A stretch of DNA of 63,863 nt, the filler included, from Octopus bimaculoides (lineage: Eukaryota): the NCBI RefSeq assembly GCF_001194135.2. It is 7 parts of 7 records of this genome, joined end to end, with 100 filler letters (N's around TTAATTAATTAA, not from the genome) between each part and the next. Parts side by side here need not be neighbours in the genome. Positions count along the whole stretch, not along the records: positions 1 to 11,666 come from NC_068990.1; positions 11,767 to 23,464 come from NC_068985.1; 5 more parts are not named here. One strand, given 5' to 3'. Shown piece after piece: positions 1 through 12,425 of this stretch. The notes below the pieces were generated by a model. It did no database searches. It saw only the letters and a list, made by a program, of their open reading frames with translations, and had not been told where the DNA came from. A program made the translations under genes and the position numbers. How positions within the stretch are numbered: position 1 is the stretch's first letter; the number at the start of each line of letters is the position of its first letter.

Positions 1-499
1 TGTGTGTATGTATGCATGAATATATATGTGTGTGTATATATATATATATATATCTGAAGAAATTACCTATCTTCAGGCATTTGACAGCAACTTGTCCAAG
101 GACCTAGACACATTCTACCAAAGGAATGTTCTCTGCTTTGTTTAACTAGATTCCAAACCAAGACTAATTAGGTCGACATTCTCAAGCCCTACTGAAGCAC
201 ATGCATGCCATTAACCTCTGAAAAGGTTGAGTGTGGAAATCAAATTACCTATCAAACTTGTTTGACTTACCACCTGATGGTAGCCCAAAGCCGTATGTTG
301 TAGCTTCTTTAAATCACGACTCTACACCACATAAAAATTTTAGCCAACATGACAACAGATATGGACATTTGTAAAGTCTGGTATGATATGGAAAAGGGAT
401 TCCATCTGGTCTGAGGGTAGTGTACCCACAATAGGAGGCAATGAAAATGCTCCATGGAAACTAAACAAGAACAGTCCATCATCCCCTGTATATTATCAT

Positions 500-2600
500 G
501 ATAGGCTTACTTTCTTTAAATGCCTGAAGTTTATGCAACAAGATCCACCATTTTGACTCTTACATCAAAAGTGCTGACCCCACCAATTTTATTACAGTCA
601 TAAAAACATGGGAACACTCTTTACTCTGCAATTGTGTTATAAGCATGCTTGGTTACAACTTTTGTAAAGACCACAAATTAAACATTGCTGTGTAATGGTC
701 TATGTCTGTTCAAACTTTTCAGCAATTCCTTGTGATGATTTGAGCCAATCACAACAAAAGGTATTTTTCTGTGATATATATATAAACATGTCAACACTTC
801 TACATAGAGTTGTCTACCATCCCACAAAACTACCATCAAGACACAAATCTTTTTTACATCATCAGAGCTGCATCTAAGAAAATAGCCACTTATATTTTCA
901 TTGCTGGTGAGTTCAATTACCCTGAAACTGATTGGGAAACCTTTCCTTGGCTGCAAAATGCAAATGATTTCCTTGATTTAGTGCTCTTATTCCCCCATAA
1001 GAGGTAACAACACATTAGATCTGCTCTTTACCATTATTTCTGAAACAGTTATCAGTGTTACTACCAAGGAATCTTTGGGCAACTATGCTCATGCTATGAC
1101 CATAGCCAATCTGTTTACTATGGACAAAAACAAGAACCATCACCACCTCAAAAATGCTCACTTTGACTGGAACAAAGCAAACTGGAACTCTTATTGCACT
1201 GAGTTACAACATCCAAACTTGCTTGAATTTTATGATTCCTGTACTGTACTTCAGAACATATTCAATTCAGTCTGGGTTTCATGTGAAGCATCAGTACCAT
1301 GTAAATGCTTTAAAAAACCCAAAAGTGCAATTTGGAAAGACTGCAGCAGTGTGACTTACCAGGAAAGAATGTCATGAAGCTGAACAGGAATACAGACTAC
1401 ATAAAATGGAGGATAAAAGAAGGTGCAATAGATCATCTAACCATCTCAAGTAGTTGACTAAGAAAGCAGCGCTTGAATTTGAACAATGTAGAGCAATCAA
1501 CCCTGACAGCAAAGTGTTGTTGAAATATGCACATTTGAAGCAGAGACCTCACTCTCCAGTTGGCCCTCTTTGCAATCCCCACACAGGTCAGACACAAATG
1601 ATCCTCAGAATTGTGCAGAACCTGTTGCTAAATGCTATTCAGGCATTTTTGCTGTTGAAAATTCAAATGTACCATCTTTACTACCTTTGACATCAAATTC
1701 TATAGCATCTATGGAATTTGCACCTGCAATGCTGCAACACCATCTCAAGAATAAGCACAGCTATGACTTTCTTGGTCTTGATGGTGTTATTCATCTGCTT
1801 CTCAAATGTGGCAGGTTCTTTCTTTTGCACCAGCTTACATTTTTCTTCCAATTCTGTCAAATAACTGTGTTACCCCAGAGCAGCAGGAAATTTCCAGCAT
1901 CATTCCCCTGTTCAAAAAGGGTGATTGCACATCACCTATCAACTACTGTCCAGTCAATCTTACTAGTTGCATCACCAAAGTGATGGTGTTCTGTGTCAGA
2001 GAAACACTGGAACTTTCACAGCCTTACTCAACCCTCACAATTTGGATTTATGCTTAACTCCAACTGTTGTAGCCAGCCAGTTGAGTTTCTTGATGATATC
2101 ACCTGAATCACTGATGGATGTTATCTATCTTGACTTTGCAAAAGCCTTCAATTCCGTGCCTCACTTATGTCTAACCTCTCTGTAATGGGTGATGATCTTT
2201 ATAACTTGTTCAGGTCCTTCATTCTGGGTCAAAAAGAGGTAGTCACAGTTCTAGGACAGCATCCGGCTCCCTCATCATCATCCCTATGGGATAATATCTT
2301 GTGTGCCACAGGGATCTATTTTTGGACTCCTGTTGTTTGTTGCATATATTAATGACATAGATGCCAACTTGAAGAATGTTACAGTGTTAAAATATACAGA
2401 TGACATCAAGCTGTACCTTCAGATAAAAAGAACATGTCCTTCACACTATAGATCTTTCCTGTAATCAGGCCTGGACACAATGCAGCAATGGATTACTGTC
2501 TGGAAACCCAAACTGGCTGTGAGCAAGTGCACCATCATGCAGTTTGGAAGGAAAAACACAGCATAATATACTCCCTCTACAACACCAATCTTAAGAGTCA
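500..2600 (+). mobile_element. Decayed CR1/L2-like LINE ORF2 (APE endonuclease + reverse transcriptase), multiply frameshifted
   Basis: Endonuclease-like IFIAGEFNYPETDW (~890-935). RT motifs NYCPVNLTSCITKVM (~1940-1985), DVIYLDFAKAFNSVPH (~2116-2163), GSIFGLLLFVAYINDID (~2310-2360) and KYTDDIKLY (~2392-2418, YADD-like). Many stops and frameshifts. Confidence 0.85.
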
Positions 2601-2820
2601 CTAGAGGTGAATCTGATTGTAAAATCCTGCTTTGAATATCTGTTCATGTAATCCATGCCAGCATGAAAAACGTATGTTAGATGAATGAACAATACATATG
2701 ATACACAATGCACTTCTGATTAAGTTATCTGCAGGAGACGTTCTTTGCAAAGAATTAGTCACTTCACATTAATTGATCAAGAAAAGGCCTTTGGCAGAGT
2801 ATATATATTTAATGTGTATA

Positions 2821-3212
2821 GGCACAGGTGTGGCTGTGTGGTAAGAAGTTTACTTCCCAAGCACATGGTTCCAGGTCCAGTTCCATTGCATGGCACCTTG
2901 GGCAAGTGTCTTTTACTACAACCTCAGACCAACCAAAGCCTTATGAATGGATTTGGTTGATGGAAACTTAAAGAAACTCATCATGTGTGTGTGTGTGTGT
3001 GTGTGTATGTGTGTGTGTGTGTGTGTTTATGTCTGGGATTGTCTTTCACCATTGCTTGACAACTGGTGTTAGTGTGTTTATGTACTCTAGCTTAAGAGTT
3101 CAGCAAAAGAGACTGATAGAACAAGTTTAAGGGTTTAAAAAGTATAAGTACAGGGGTTGATTCATTCAACTGCATTTTCTTCAAGGTTGCAGTCTAAAGA
3201 CTGAAACAATAA
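2821..3212 (+). mobile_element. tRNA-derived SINE, family A (head GGCACAGGTGTGGCTGTGTGGTAAG, internal (TG)n)
   Basis: tRNA-like head with B-box-like GGTTCCAGGTCC followed by CCTTGGGCAAG (CORE-like start). The same sequence recurs at 21771, 28301, 58060, 60447, 61385 and 63790. Confidence 0.75.
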
Positions 3213-3974
3213 AAAGTTAAAGATAAAAGATATTAATGATTTTATTTATTTTATTTTTTGTTTTAAAAACCAAAACAATGCAATTTATAAAAATTAAATA
3301 GGTTGCTGGATTTTCCTGGTACTTCAATATTTCCGTGTTAGGACACTCCAAATATTTCCTAAAAAGGGGGCCTAACCATGAAATATCTAAAAAAAAAAAC
3401 ACCATTGAAATGTATTATTTTTGTAACTAGCATTGTTTTGACTTAAACAAAAATGAGTAGTTAAAAATATTTATATATATATGAAACAATGCTTCATGTA
3501 AACTCTACTGCTTTAGTACACACACACTCACACACACAAGTTTAAGACCACGAGGACTTGGAACTTCTATATACCAATGATCTAGTTTTTATAGCTGAGT
3601 CCACTAAAGAATTAGTGGACTTAAAATAAAGAAAAATTGAAATTTATTTGTCTATTATAAAATTGGCTAAGACAATGTTTTATTTATCAAGAAAAATGAT
3701 AGGCATCTACAGCCATCTGGGAAGTTGATAGGTAGAAAAGCAGTAGGTAGAAATTCCATAGGTTGTTCCCAATAACTATAGGAACACAAGAGATGTGGTG
3801 AAATCAGTCAGGCTGAGAGACAAGGAAGTCTTATGTAGTAGATGTGAAAATGCACCAATCAAATAAATTCTTTCAAATTCTCAAATTTTGGATTCTCTAA
3901 ATATAGTTAATAGATACAATAGAAAAAGTGCATTGTTTACGATTTTTTTCCCTCTGAAGGATATACCAATGAAT

Positions 3975-4410
3975 CATCATCATCATCATCATTTAACATC
4001 TACTTTCCATGCTGGCATGGGTTGGATGGCTTGATGGGAACTAGCCAGGCAGAAGACTGCACCAGGCTTCAATGTCTGTTTTGGCATGGTTTTTATGGCC
4101 TGATGCCCTTTCTAATACCAGCCATCCCACAGAGTGGATTGAGTGCTTTTTGCATAGCACCAGCACAGGTGAGGTCAGTTTTGGCATGGTTTTTACAGTT
4201 GGATGACCTTCCAAGCATCAACCACTTTACAGTGTGGACTGGATGCTTTTTATGTGGCACAAGCACTAGCACAGTCACCATGTAACTTGCAAGACAAAGA
4301 TCCTTTGAGAGGGAAGGGATGAATTGGAGGAGGTGACTTTTGTGTCTGGTGATGAAAGGTTAGAGTGTGACAGGGTGACAGAAACAGATGTATTGCTGTA
4401 GAGGGGATAC
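3975..4410 (-). mobile_element. Interspersed repeat family D (retroposon 3' end with (GAT)n tail)
   Basis: (CAT)n-TTTAACATCTACTTTCCATGCTGGCATGGGTTGGA...GGATGACCTTCC matches the copies at 11365-11666 and 30225-30545. Confidence 0.65.
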
Positions 4411-4423
4411 ATGGTTACTTGGT

Positions 4424-4427
<4 letters not shown>

Positions 4428-4509
<82 letters not shown>
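4428..4509. repeat. (AG)n microsatellite directly upstream of the SLC22 exon acceptor
   Basis: Near-perfect AG dinucleotide run. Confidence 0.95.
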
Positions 4510-4512
<3 letters not shown>

Positions 4513-4557
4513 ATCTTATTAAATAAATCTTATAATGATCAGCATCTTTTATTTCAG

Positions 4558-4739
4558 ATATGGTTTGGCTTTCAACTCTTCTTTTATTGGTTGGAAAATT
4601 TGCAGCTTCAGCAGCATTTGCTATCATTTACAATTACACAACAGAACTCTTTCCCACTGTTATACGTAACACTATACTTGGTTTGAGTTCTTGCTTTGGA
4701 AGAATTGGTAGCATGGCAGCTCCTTACATTCTTGTTGCT
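4558..4739 (+). CDS. Internal exon of SLC22/organic cation transporter-like MFS gene (about TM10-TM11)
   Basis: Acceptor ttttatttcag|AT and donor GCT|gtaaga. Peptide MVWLSTLLLLVGKFAASAAFAIIYNYTTELFPTVIRNTILGLSSCFGRIGSMAAPYILVA carries the SLC22 signature ELFPTxIRN...GRIGS.AAP. Ends in phase 0. Confidence 0.93.
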
Positions 4740-6417
4740 GTAAGATAATTTTTTTATTGACTAAATAATTTATGGAATACATTAATTATAGTTTTTATTG
4801 GCATTCCTCCATCTTTCTCCTTTCAGTATAGAATCATTAGAGCATTTGAGAAAATGCCTTCCAGCACTTTATGTTCCGTGCTCAAATCTCATCAAAGTCA
4901 ACTTTGTCTTTCATTCTTTTAAGGTTACAATAATAAAATATTTCTCAAATACTGGGTTCAATATAATCAATCAATCCCTCCCCCAACATTTTATGCCTTG
5001 TACCTATTTTAGAAATACTTTTGGTCCTTTATGCTGCCATGGCTAATTCAACTTTTCATCCTTCTAAGGTCATTAAAATAAAGTAGCAGACAAGTACAGA
5101 GATTGATTTAATCAACTTTACTCTCTCACTAAATGAATAACTTTGGGCCAGTGTTGAAAATCATTATCTTGATGGTATTCTAAAAATATTGTTGCATTGG
5201 TTCACTCCAAAACTATGGATGGAAATAAGACTCTGAATGATAAGAAACTGTGTTAATGGATGAATAACCCTTTTTTATGTCAACTCTTTTACTTTGAATG
5301 GAAAATGCAAAGTATTTTTCATCTAAGAAAATAATATGTTTTGACTCAAAATACAAAAGCATAGTTTTAATTCCTGATCTTTCAACAGTAATTTTATTGA
5401 CTTCAGTACTCAAACACTTGTCTTAACCATTTGATCTTAATGTACAGAAATCTAAATAGAAACCTCATAACCAGAAAGATAAATGGACCATGACTGGGTA
5501 TAAGTTAGAATTGTAATAGATATAATTATTATAATTATCTAAATGAATTTTCTATCCATTCTGACACATATCCACAGTGTTATCATCCAGTCCTTAGTGG
5601 GAAGTGTCACCTTGTTGTTGTTTCTGGGTGTTAAAGTATAACGCATATGTGAAAAACTGATATCCATTGTAGGAAATCAATAAACTTTGATTGATATTTA
5701 AATATTGACATGGTATCTGTAGAAGAATGATTGGAAAGGACATTCTTTGGGGAAGGATTTCATTAATTCATTGAGAGACAGAAATCCAGAATAATAATAA
5801 ATACCTGTCTATTCACGAAATTGATTGAAAAATATTGGTTGATATCATGTAGAAATGAATTGCATTTGTGCTAAGCATTTTATTCATTAATTAGACAAAA
5901 TTTAATCTAAATTTCCAAATTTATATTGACTGATTGGGATGTCACACCAGTGAATTTAAATTTGGAGCTGACATCAGGATTACAAAGAAGGCATTTCAAG
6001 ATCACCTTGATGATATGCACACCAACCTTCTCATGAGGGCTCGAAGCATCTTTTGGCATGAGAACAAACCCAAAGAGAAGAGTTGATTACAGACACATTC
6101 CACCCATCTCTACCATTGTTGCTTAGAGCAGTGTAGGCTTTGTTGCTGTCAAGCTAAACACTAGGCTATATCAGATGTTATATTATGGTAACTTCCATAA
6201 TCTAACAGAGCATAAAGACCATTCAACTACATTGAGGTTATTGACAGAAAAACACAACATGAAATTGAGGACCTAGTATAGAAAAAAATATTGAATGAAC
6301 TTGACTAAAGAGAGAATATACCTTCAAAGAATGCATGGGTGAAAAACATAATTGCTAAATGAAAACAAGAGTAAACATTCAGTGAGACACTCATTTATGT
6401 TTTTCATCTAATTACAG

Positions 6418-6569
6418 GGAGGACAAATGAAGTCTAAATTTGGTGTTGGTTTGCCTGTTATCTTCTTTGGAATTTTTTCTATAATAGCTGGTCTATTATC
6501 TTTATTTCTTCCTGAGACTAAAGGTTGTAGTTTACCAGATACATTTGAAGAGGGAGAGAATATAGGACG
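6418..6569 (+). CDS. Next exon of the SLC22-like gene (TM12 and LPETKG C-terminal motif)
   Basis: Acceptor ctaattacag|GGA (phase 0, matches the previous exon) and donor CG|gtaagt. Peptide GGQMKSKFGVGLPVIFFGIFSIIAGLLSLFLPETKGCSLPDTFEEGENIGR contains the LPETKG..LPDT.EE motif typical of SLC22. Confidence 0.93.
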
Positions 6570-7119
6570 GTAAGTTTTCTTTTCTCATTCTGTATACCAT
6601 TCTTTCAGTTTTGTACTTATTTGACTTAAAATGAAATCATGTGGTAAAACACAAACAATTACATCATAGAAAAGTTGTTTTAACTATCATAGAACACTAA
6701 ACAACTATTACATTCACTTTCTATTTTTTGTAATAGTACTGTTTATTATGAAGTATTAAAGATTTTGTCACTCTTCAGCTATCATGTGGCTAAGCATGAT
6801 TCCACTACAGAAAATTGTGAAATGGTGTCAAGTGACCAAGTTGTAGAAGTGTGACAAAATTTTTTAACTCTTCATAATCAACAGAGCTATTAATAGACAA
6901 ATAAAAAGCCAATATAACCAGTCATAGTGTATTTTTAAATAGCTAAACTAATTATTCCATGATGTTATTATGTCAATATTTAAACTTTAGATATTTGACA
7001 ACCATGATGTGTTATCCCAAGTCTTACACATAAATAAATATATTTCAGCTTTGTTAGAGCACAATAGCAGTTACATAATATATATACATTAATAAATATG
7101 TATGCTATTTTAATTCATC

Positions 7120-7950
7120 ATCATTATCATCATCAACACCAACAATATCACCCTCAAAGTTTTATATCTTTTTTCCATGCTTGCACGACTTAGATGGATC
7201 CACTCAAACACAGCATCTTGACATTAATTGCATTTCTTAGCAAAAATCAGTCATTCAAGATCAGTCTTCACCACTGCTACCCAACTTCCACTTCCACGGT
7301 TACGCTTCACATGGATAACTTAGCACTTCTTTACCCACTGCCTTCATCCATTACATGTCAGCACCAGTAGACATTACATGTTAATACCAGCAGCATCTCT
7401 CTTGCAAACTACTTCTGATTTCTTTTATATCCAATTTTTCTCAATACACTAACATTACACATCCAACAGAGCATATTCATTTTATTTCTCACCAGCTTTT
7501 GCACATCCTATTCATTCAATATCTATTTATCATCCAGTATTGCAATTTGTACACAAGCATCATACAACCTATTCTTCACCCAGAGAGAATTTATTCATTG
7601 CCACCAGAGATTATAACTTCCTAAACTTTTTCCTCAACAATTCATACTCTGGCTACTGTACTTTCAGGATACTCACTACCACTGCTGATTAAATCTTCTA
7701 TGTATCAAAAAGACTATCAACAACTTCTGATAACTTTTGGAGTAACTGAAACAATTTACTTCATGGCTATTATTACAGTCTTTAATTTCAGTCTGTCTAC
7801 CAGGAACCTCATATGTCTTTTGTGCAGCCATAGTTTACATTGAATACACAGTATACAAATCATGCCTGCTCCTATTTTTGCTTATTGAGTGTGGTCTTTT
7901 CCCTAACAGCTGTAAATCTTGTTTTCTTTTCTATTAATTAGAACTTTTGT
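7120..7950 (-). mobile_element. Decayed RTE-clade LINE 3' portion (antisense in SLC22 intron)
   Basis: Minus strand gives SMLCWMCNVSV-like and RWY/HV-type post-RT remnants, and the (CAT)n tail lies near 7120. Confidence 0.6.
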
Positions 7951-8429
7951 CTGTAGCGAGGCACAAAGAAGCCAGCACCATTTTGAAACAGTGAGATCTC
8001 ACCATATGCAAGACAAAAACGAGATCTCACTTGCAACCATTATTTAAGGAAAAGGCAACAACATTTTCCCTCTCATTTTTCTCATGCTGACGCCAAGAAG
8101 ACACTTCAAAGCCAGGAGCTCACAACAGACTTTTGTTCTACAGTGATACCATGTGATTGTCTCCAGAGGTTATTGGACCTCATGTGTATAGGAAAGAAGG
8201 CTAACTACACACTGCTGTGAAAATGGTTGCTGAAAGCAAACCCCTTGTACGAAGCACTTGTTAATAAATGATTATTGAACTTACTCTGCCTGAGAACTTC
8301 AGCCTTCGCATTTCCAGCTCCTTGAATCAACAGAATAATTATAATGGAAGAAGATACCCCAAAAGTATCATAAAAACCTTCCTTCCATTAAATGTCTTTA
8401 CTATGAACACTGAAAGGCCTCTTGATTGT

Positions 8430-8810
8430 AGGTTTTGCTTCCATATTTAGAATTTCTCTTCTAAATGTTAGGAAGATTTGGCCATACAAACTAAGTCACC
8501 AGCTAAAAGGAGTGACTAAAAATAGGTTATCTTAAAACTTCTACTATTGTCCGGAAGACTATAATAATCAGAAATGGCTTAGAACTGAGCCTTGATGGAC
8601 ACCAATTTTGATGAACACATTACTAATTTCCACCTTATTGATTGCATCTTTGTACATGTTTTGCACAGTTCCCACAATCCACTTGTCTACACTAGCTTTC
8701 TTAAGGGTCACCTGACTACAGGCTCTCCTGTCAAACATCATCTCCAAAATCAATACTAGGTGTAGTAACTTACTTTTGACTAAGAACTGTAATTGTTTCA
8801 TTTAAAATGG
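8430..8810 (-). mobile_element. RTE-clade LINE reverse transcriptase fragment
   Basis: Minus ORF ...FDRRACS...VDKWIVGTVQNMYKDAINKVEI...IGVHQGSVLS, followed by LLLAGDLVC (degenerate YADD). Confidence 0.75.
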
Positions 8811-8886
8811 GGAATCAGTAGTAACCTGTACTAGTAAAAAATCCAAACTGTGTCTCAATTATTCTAATTTTTTATTTTTTTCCCAG

Positions 8887-8899
8887 ACAATTGTGCTAA
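8887..8899 (+). CDS. Probable terminal coding mini-exon of the SLC22-like gene (R)QLC-stop
   Basis: Long polypyrimidine acceptor ctaatttttattttttttcccag|A. Phase 2 completes CG+A=Arg, then CAA TTG TGC TAA. AATAAA hexamers lie downstream at 9637, 10065, 10131 and 10188. Confidence 0.55.
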
Positions 8900-10439
8900 A
8901 ACTGATTAGGAACTAATAACTTTGTTCATCAGTTTCATATCTTTTTCATAGCTTCTTTCTAGAGTGTCTCCTTTTGGCCATATAACAGTTGATGATAATA
9001 TACTGCTATGGCATTCAGTAGGCATGATGCCATTTTTGTTGTATTTGGTTGACTATGCGAGTAACTAGCTTGTGTCCTGCTGTGCAGGGTATTTTTTGCA
9101 TCTCAGTGACAATAGGTGTTGAATGGGCAGCTTTCACTTTCTTCATATTCTTATTGACCGTTTCAATCATAAAACTGTTGACTTTAATGGCTAGTCTCTT
9201 GGCTGAATTTTACAAGAACAATATATAGAAAAGTCTATCAAACTTTCTCCATATTCAGCCTCCTTTTTTACTCAGTATCTATGAATGTAGGTGCATCACT
9301 TTCATATCAAACACACCATTCTCCAACAATATCTTGTTGCGCATTGACACGCAGCTTTTTTCAGTTCAGATTTATATATCACTGTCATTTACATGTTTCC
9401 CAACAATATCTTGTTGCACACACACATGCACGTGTGCACATGCACGTGTGCACATGCACGTGTGCACATGCACGCGTGTGTGCATACACACTCATTCTAC
9501 TTTTAGAATTCAGGTTTATAAAATCAATTTTTGTTTTAGGAAAGTGAAACATAAAGTTAATGGTGAAGACAACCAAGGAATGGTTTCAGACTAAATGGTG
9601 AGTGAAACTCTCTTTGTACAGCGAAGTAGACTTTTAAATAAAACCTAACAGTTGTGAATATCTGCAGAAGAATCAGTATAGCTATTCAACAACATTTTTT
9701 ATTATATTTATAAACAAATTTTTGCTTCGGAAACAAAACCTGTCATGGATGAAGTTTTCAATAATTACATTATAAAGTAACACAACTGCAACAAAATAAG
9801 AACAATAATGATTTCTTTTGACAAAAAAACAAGGCCAGTTGTGAATGGTGATGGATACTCTTCAACAGCTAAATGAACCTCATTGTATGACTGGTATTTA
9901 TTTTGAATAACTAGGTCTTCCACACATACATGCAATGAGAAACCAAAACTGCTTGTTTCTTTTTCTTTTAAAGAAATTAACAATTGACTCAAAACTTAAT
10001 TTAAAAATATAGGGAAAAGATGTAAAATCCAAAATGTATTTAAAAAGATTAAAATTTCAACGAAAATAAACAATGCAATCAAAAGTAAACAATGCTAAAT
10101 TCATGGCTGGTCAGTAACGTATTTTTCTGCAATAAATGGATAATTTATCCTGATCACGCTATTTATTAGCATTATCACGCGTTTAAGAATAAAAAAAAAA
10201 ATTATTTCTGTATCTTTCAATACATCTCAAAGCTTCTAAAACAAACTTTGTTTGTTTACTTTCATCGTAAGCTGAATTTAACAACTATCTGTATAGTTTT
10301 TCTTATTGTACTTTTTTTAACATAGAACTTTGGAATACACAAAACTAAGTTTAAAAAAATGAGCCAAGAAAATTAACTCAAATTGACCAATTACCTTAAT
10401 TTGGTTAAAAGAGTTAAGGGTAATGTAATGAATGCCATA

Positions 10440-11102
10440 TACCATAGAGTTGGACACCAGGGGAGAGCTGCAATTGCTGAACCTCTCTTGTCAACATTGC
10501 TAAGCAGAAAAAAATGGTGCCTAAATTATCAGAGTTGGTCAATGGCTCAATAAAACAATATCATCTTTTCTGATAAATCATCATTCACCCTTTTTCCCCT
10601 CTTTGGGGGGAATTTATGTCTGGAAAAAATCTGGAGCAGCTTTCAACCTTGACTGTTTTGCTCCTACTGTGAAACATAGAGATGTTTCTGTGTTGATCTG
10701 GGCAGCTATAATACAGAATTCCCTTGACCCTTTAGTAATTCAACATAACAGAGTTAACACCAAAGATTATCTGAATATTTTGGCTGATAATGTCCATCTT
10801 ACAGTACAAATATTGTTCTTTGTTGGTAGCGCAATCTTCCAAAATGATAATACACCAATTCACACAATTAGTTATTCAAAATTGGTTTTGAAGACACAGA
10901 AGTAAAGTAGATCACTTGGATTATCCCCCACAAACACCAGTGACTTAACATTCCTCCTATAACTGTTTAGGACCTTTACAAGTCAATCCCTTGATATTTT
11001 AAAGCTGTGATTAATACCAAAAGTTGACCAGCTTTGTATTAAACAAAAAACTTCTTCCATTTAGTAAGGTATTTCAAGTATATTGTCTGACCCTTGAATG
11101 TA
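10440..11102 (+). mobile_element. Tc1-family transposase remnant
   Basis: GRAAIAEPLLS...IIFSDKSSFT (FSDES motif), PTVKH..VSVLIWAAI and IFQNDNTPIHT (QDNAPIH motif). Confidence 0.8.
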
Positions 11103-11260
11103 GATGTCTATGTATGTATGCATGTACATAATTATTAATGCAAATTGGTGGTGGGAGACTACATTATATACACAAGCAGAAATATTGCCCTCTGGTGGTT
11201 TTTTTGTTAGTATACATCATGTTTGCTTGTACAAAACTGCTTTAATGTGTATATCTGCCA

Positions 11261-11308
<48 letters not shown>

Positions 11309-11364
11309 ATGCATATATTGTCTTATTTTTGCATATATAAGATTTGAGGAAAATGTAGAAACAT

Positions 11365-11666
11365 CATCATCATCATCATCATCATCATCGTTTAACGTCC
11401 GCTTTCCATGCTAGCATGGGTTGGACGATTTGACTGAGGACTGGTGCAACAGGATGGCTACACCAGGCTCCAATCTAATTTGGCAGAGTTTCTACAGCTA
11501 GATGCCCTTCCTAACGCCAACCACTCAGAGAGTGTAGTGGGTGCTTTTACGTGTCACCCGCACGAAAACGGCCACGCTCGAAATGGTGTCTTTTATGTGC
11601 CACCCGCACAAGAGCCAGTCCAGGGGCACTGGCAACGATCTCGCTCGAAAACCCTACAAGGCCAGT
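11365..11666 (-). mobile_element. Family D repeat, young copy, truncated by a gap
   Basis: (CAT)nCGTTTAACGTCCGCTTTCCATGCTAGCATGGGTTGG...GATGCCCTTCCTAACGCCAACC. Confidence 0.7.
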
Positions 11667-11766
11667 NNNNNNNNNNNNNNNNNNNNNNNNNNNNNNNNNN
11701 NNNNNNNNNNTTAATTAATTAANNNNNNNNNNNNNNNNNNNNNNNNNNNNNNNNNNNNNNNNNNNN

Positions 11767-11818
<52 letters not shown>

Positions 11819-12257
11819 GCTTGTGTGTGTGTATCATTAAAAGAAATATTCTTATAGTAATAGCCACTGACAATGTTAATGAATTAAAAGATTAGATCAG
11901 ATACCGCATGATCGTCCACAAAATGATCTGGAAACGTGTCTTGTAATGCGGGATTTGATTATAAGTTATAGACAAGTGGAAAGATCTCGAAAATTTTTAT
12001 AGGTGGGATTAATGAAGTTATCTCCTTCTTGTTTACAATATGCACCAGAAAATACACAAGTAGTTAGACGAGAAGATCTTGTCTCTTCAGTAATAATCTT
12101 GTATCGTTTATTGGATGGCCATTGCTTTTAGGGTTGATAGATGAAATATGCCAGTCAAATACTGGTACTGATGTAACCTCGCGTCAAAATTGTTGATCTT
12201 ATGGTAAAATGAGAAAGAGTTAATTCATATTTTCAATTTTATTATGACATCATCAAC

Positions 12258-12425
12258 GTGGCGAGCTGTTAGAATCGCTAGTATGCTGAACAAAATGCTT
12301 GGCGGCATTTGACACAGATTTACGTTTTGACTTCAAAATGCTGCCGTGGTTTACTTTACCTTTCATCCTTTCAGGATTAATGAAATATACCAGTTGGGAA
12401 CTGGAGTCACTGTTATCGATTTCCT
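12258..12425 (+). mobile_element. tRNA-derived SINE family B, degenerate
   Basis: GGCGAGCTGTTAGAATCG head, then GACTTCAAAAT and CCTTTCATCCTTTCAGG body, shared with the other family B copies. Confidence 0.6.

Noticed and set aside
11711-11722. TTAATTAATTAA centred in ~100-bp N gaps (also 23509, 33598, 53824, 59173, 62779)
   Set aside because: The identical 12-mer, with stops in all six frames and flanked by ~44 N each side, is a scaffolding linker and not biology. Sequence on either side of these gaps may not be truly adjacent.
11905-11945. Weaker hammerhead-like remnants (CATGATC...GATCTGGAAACGTGTC; also 42150-42190 and 53520-53555)
   Set aside because: Each has two or more core mismatches or no stem II, so I cannot separate them from chance by eye.
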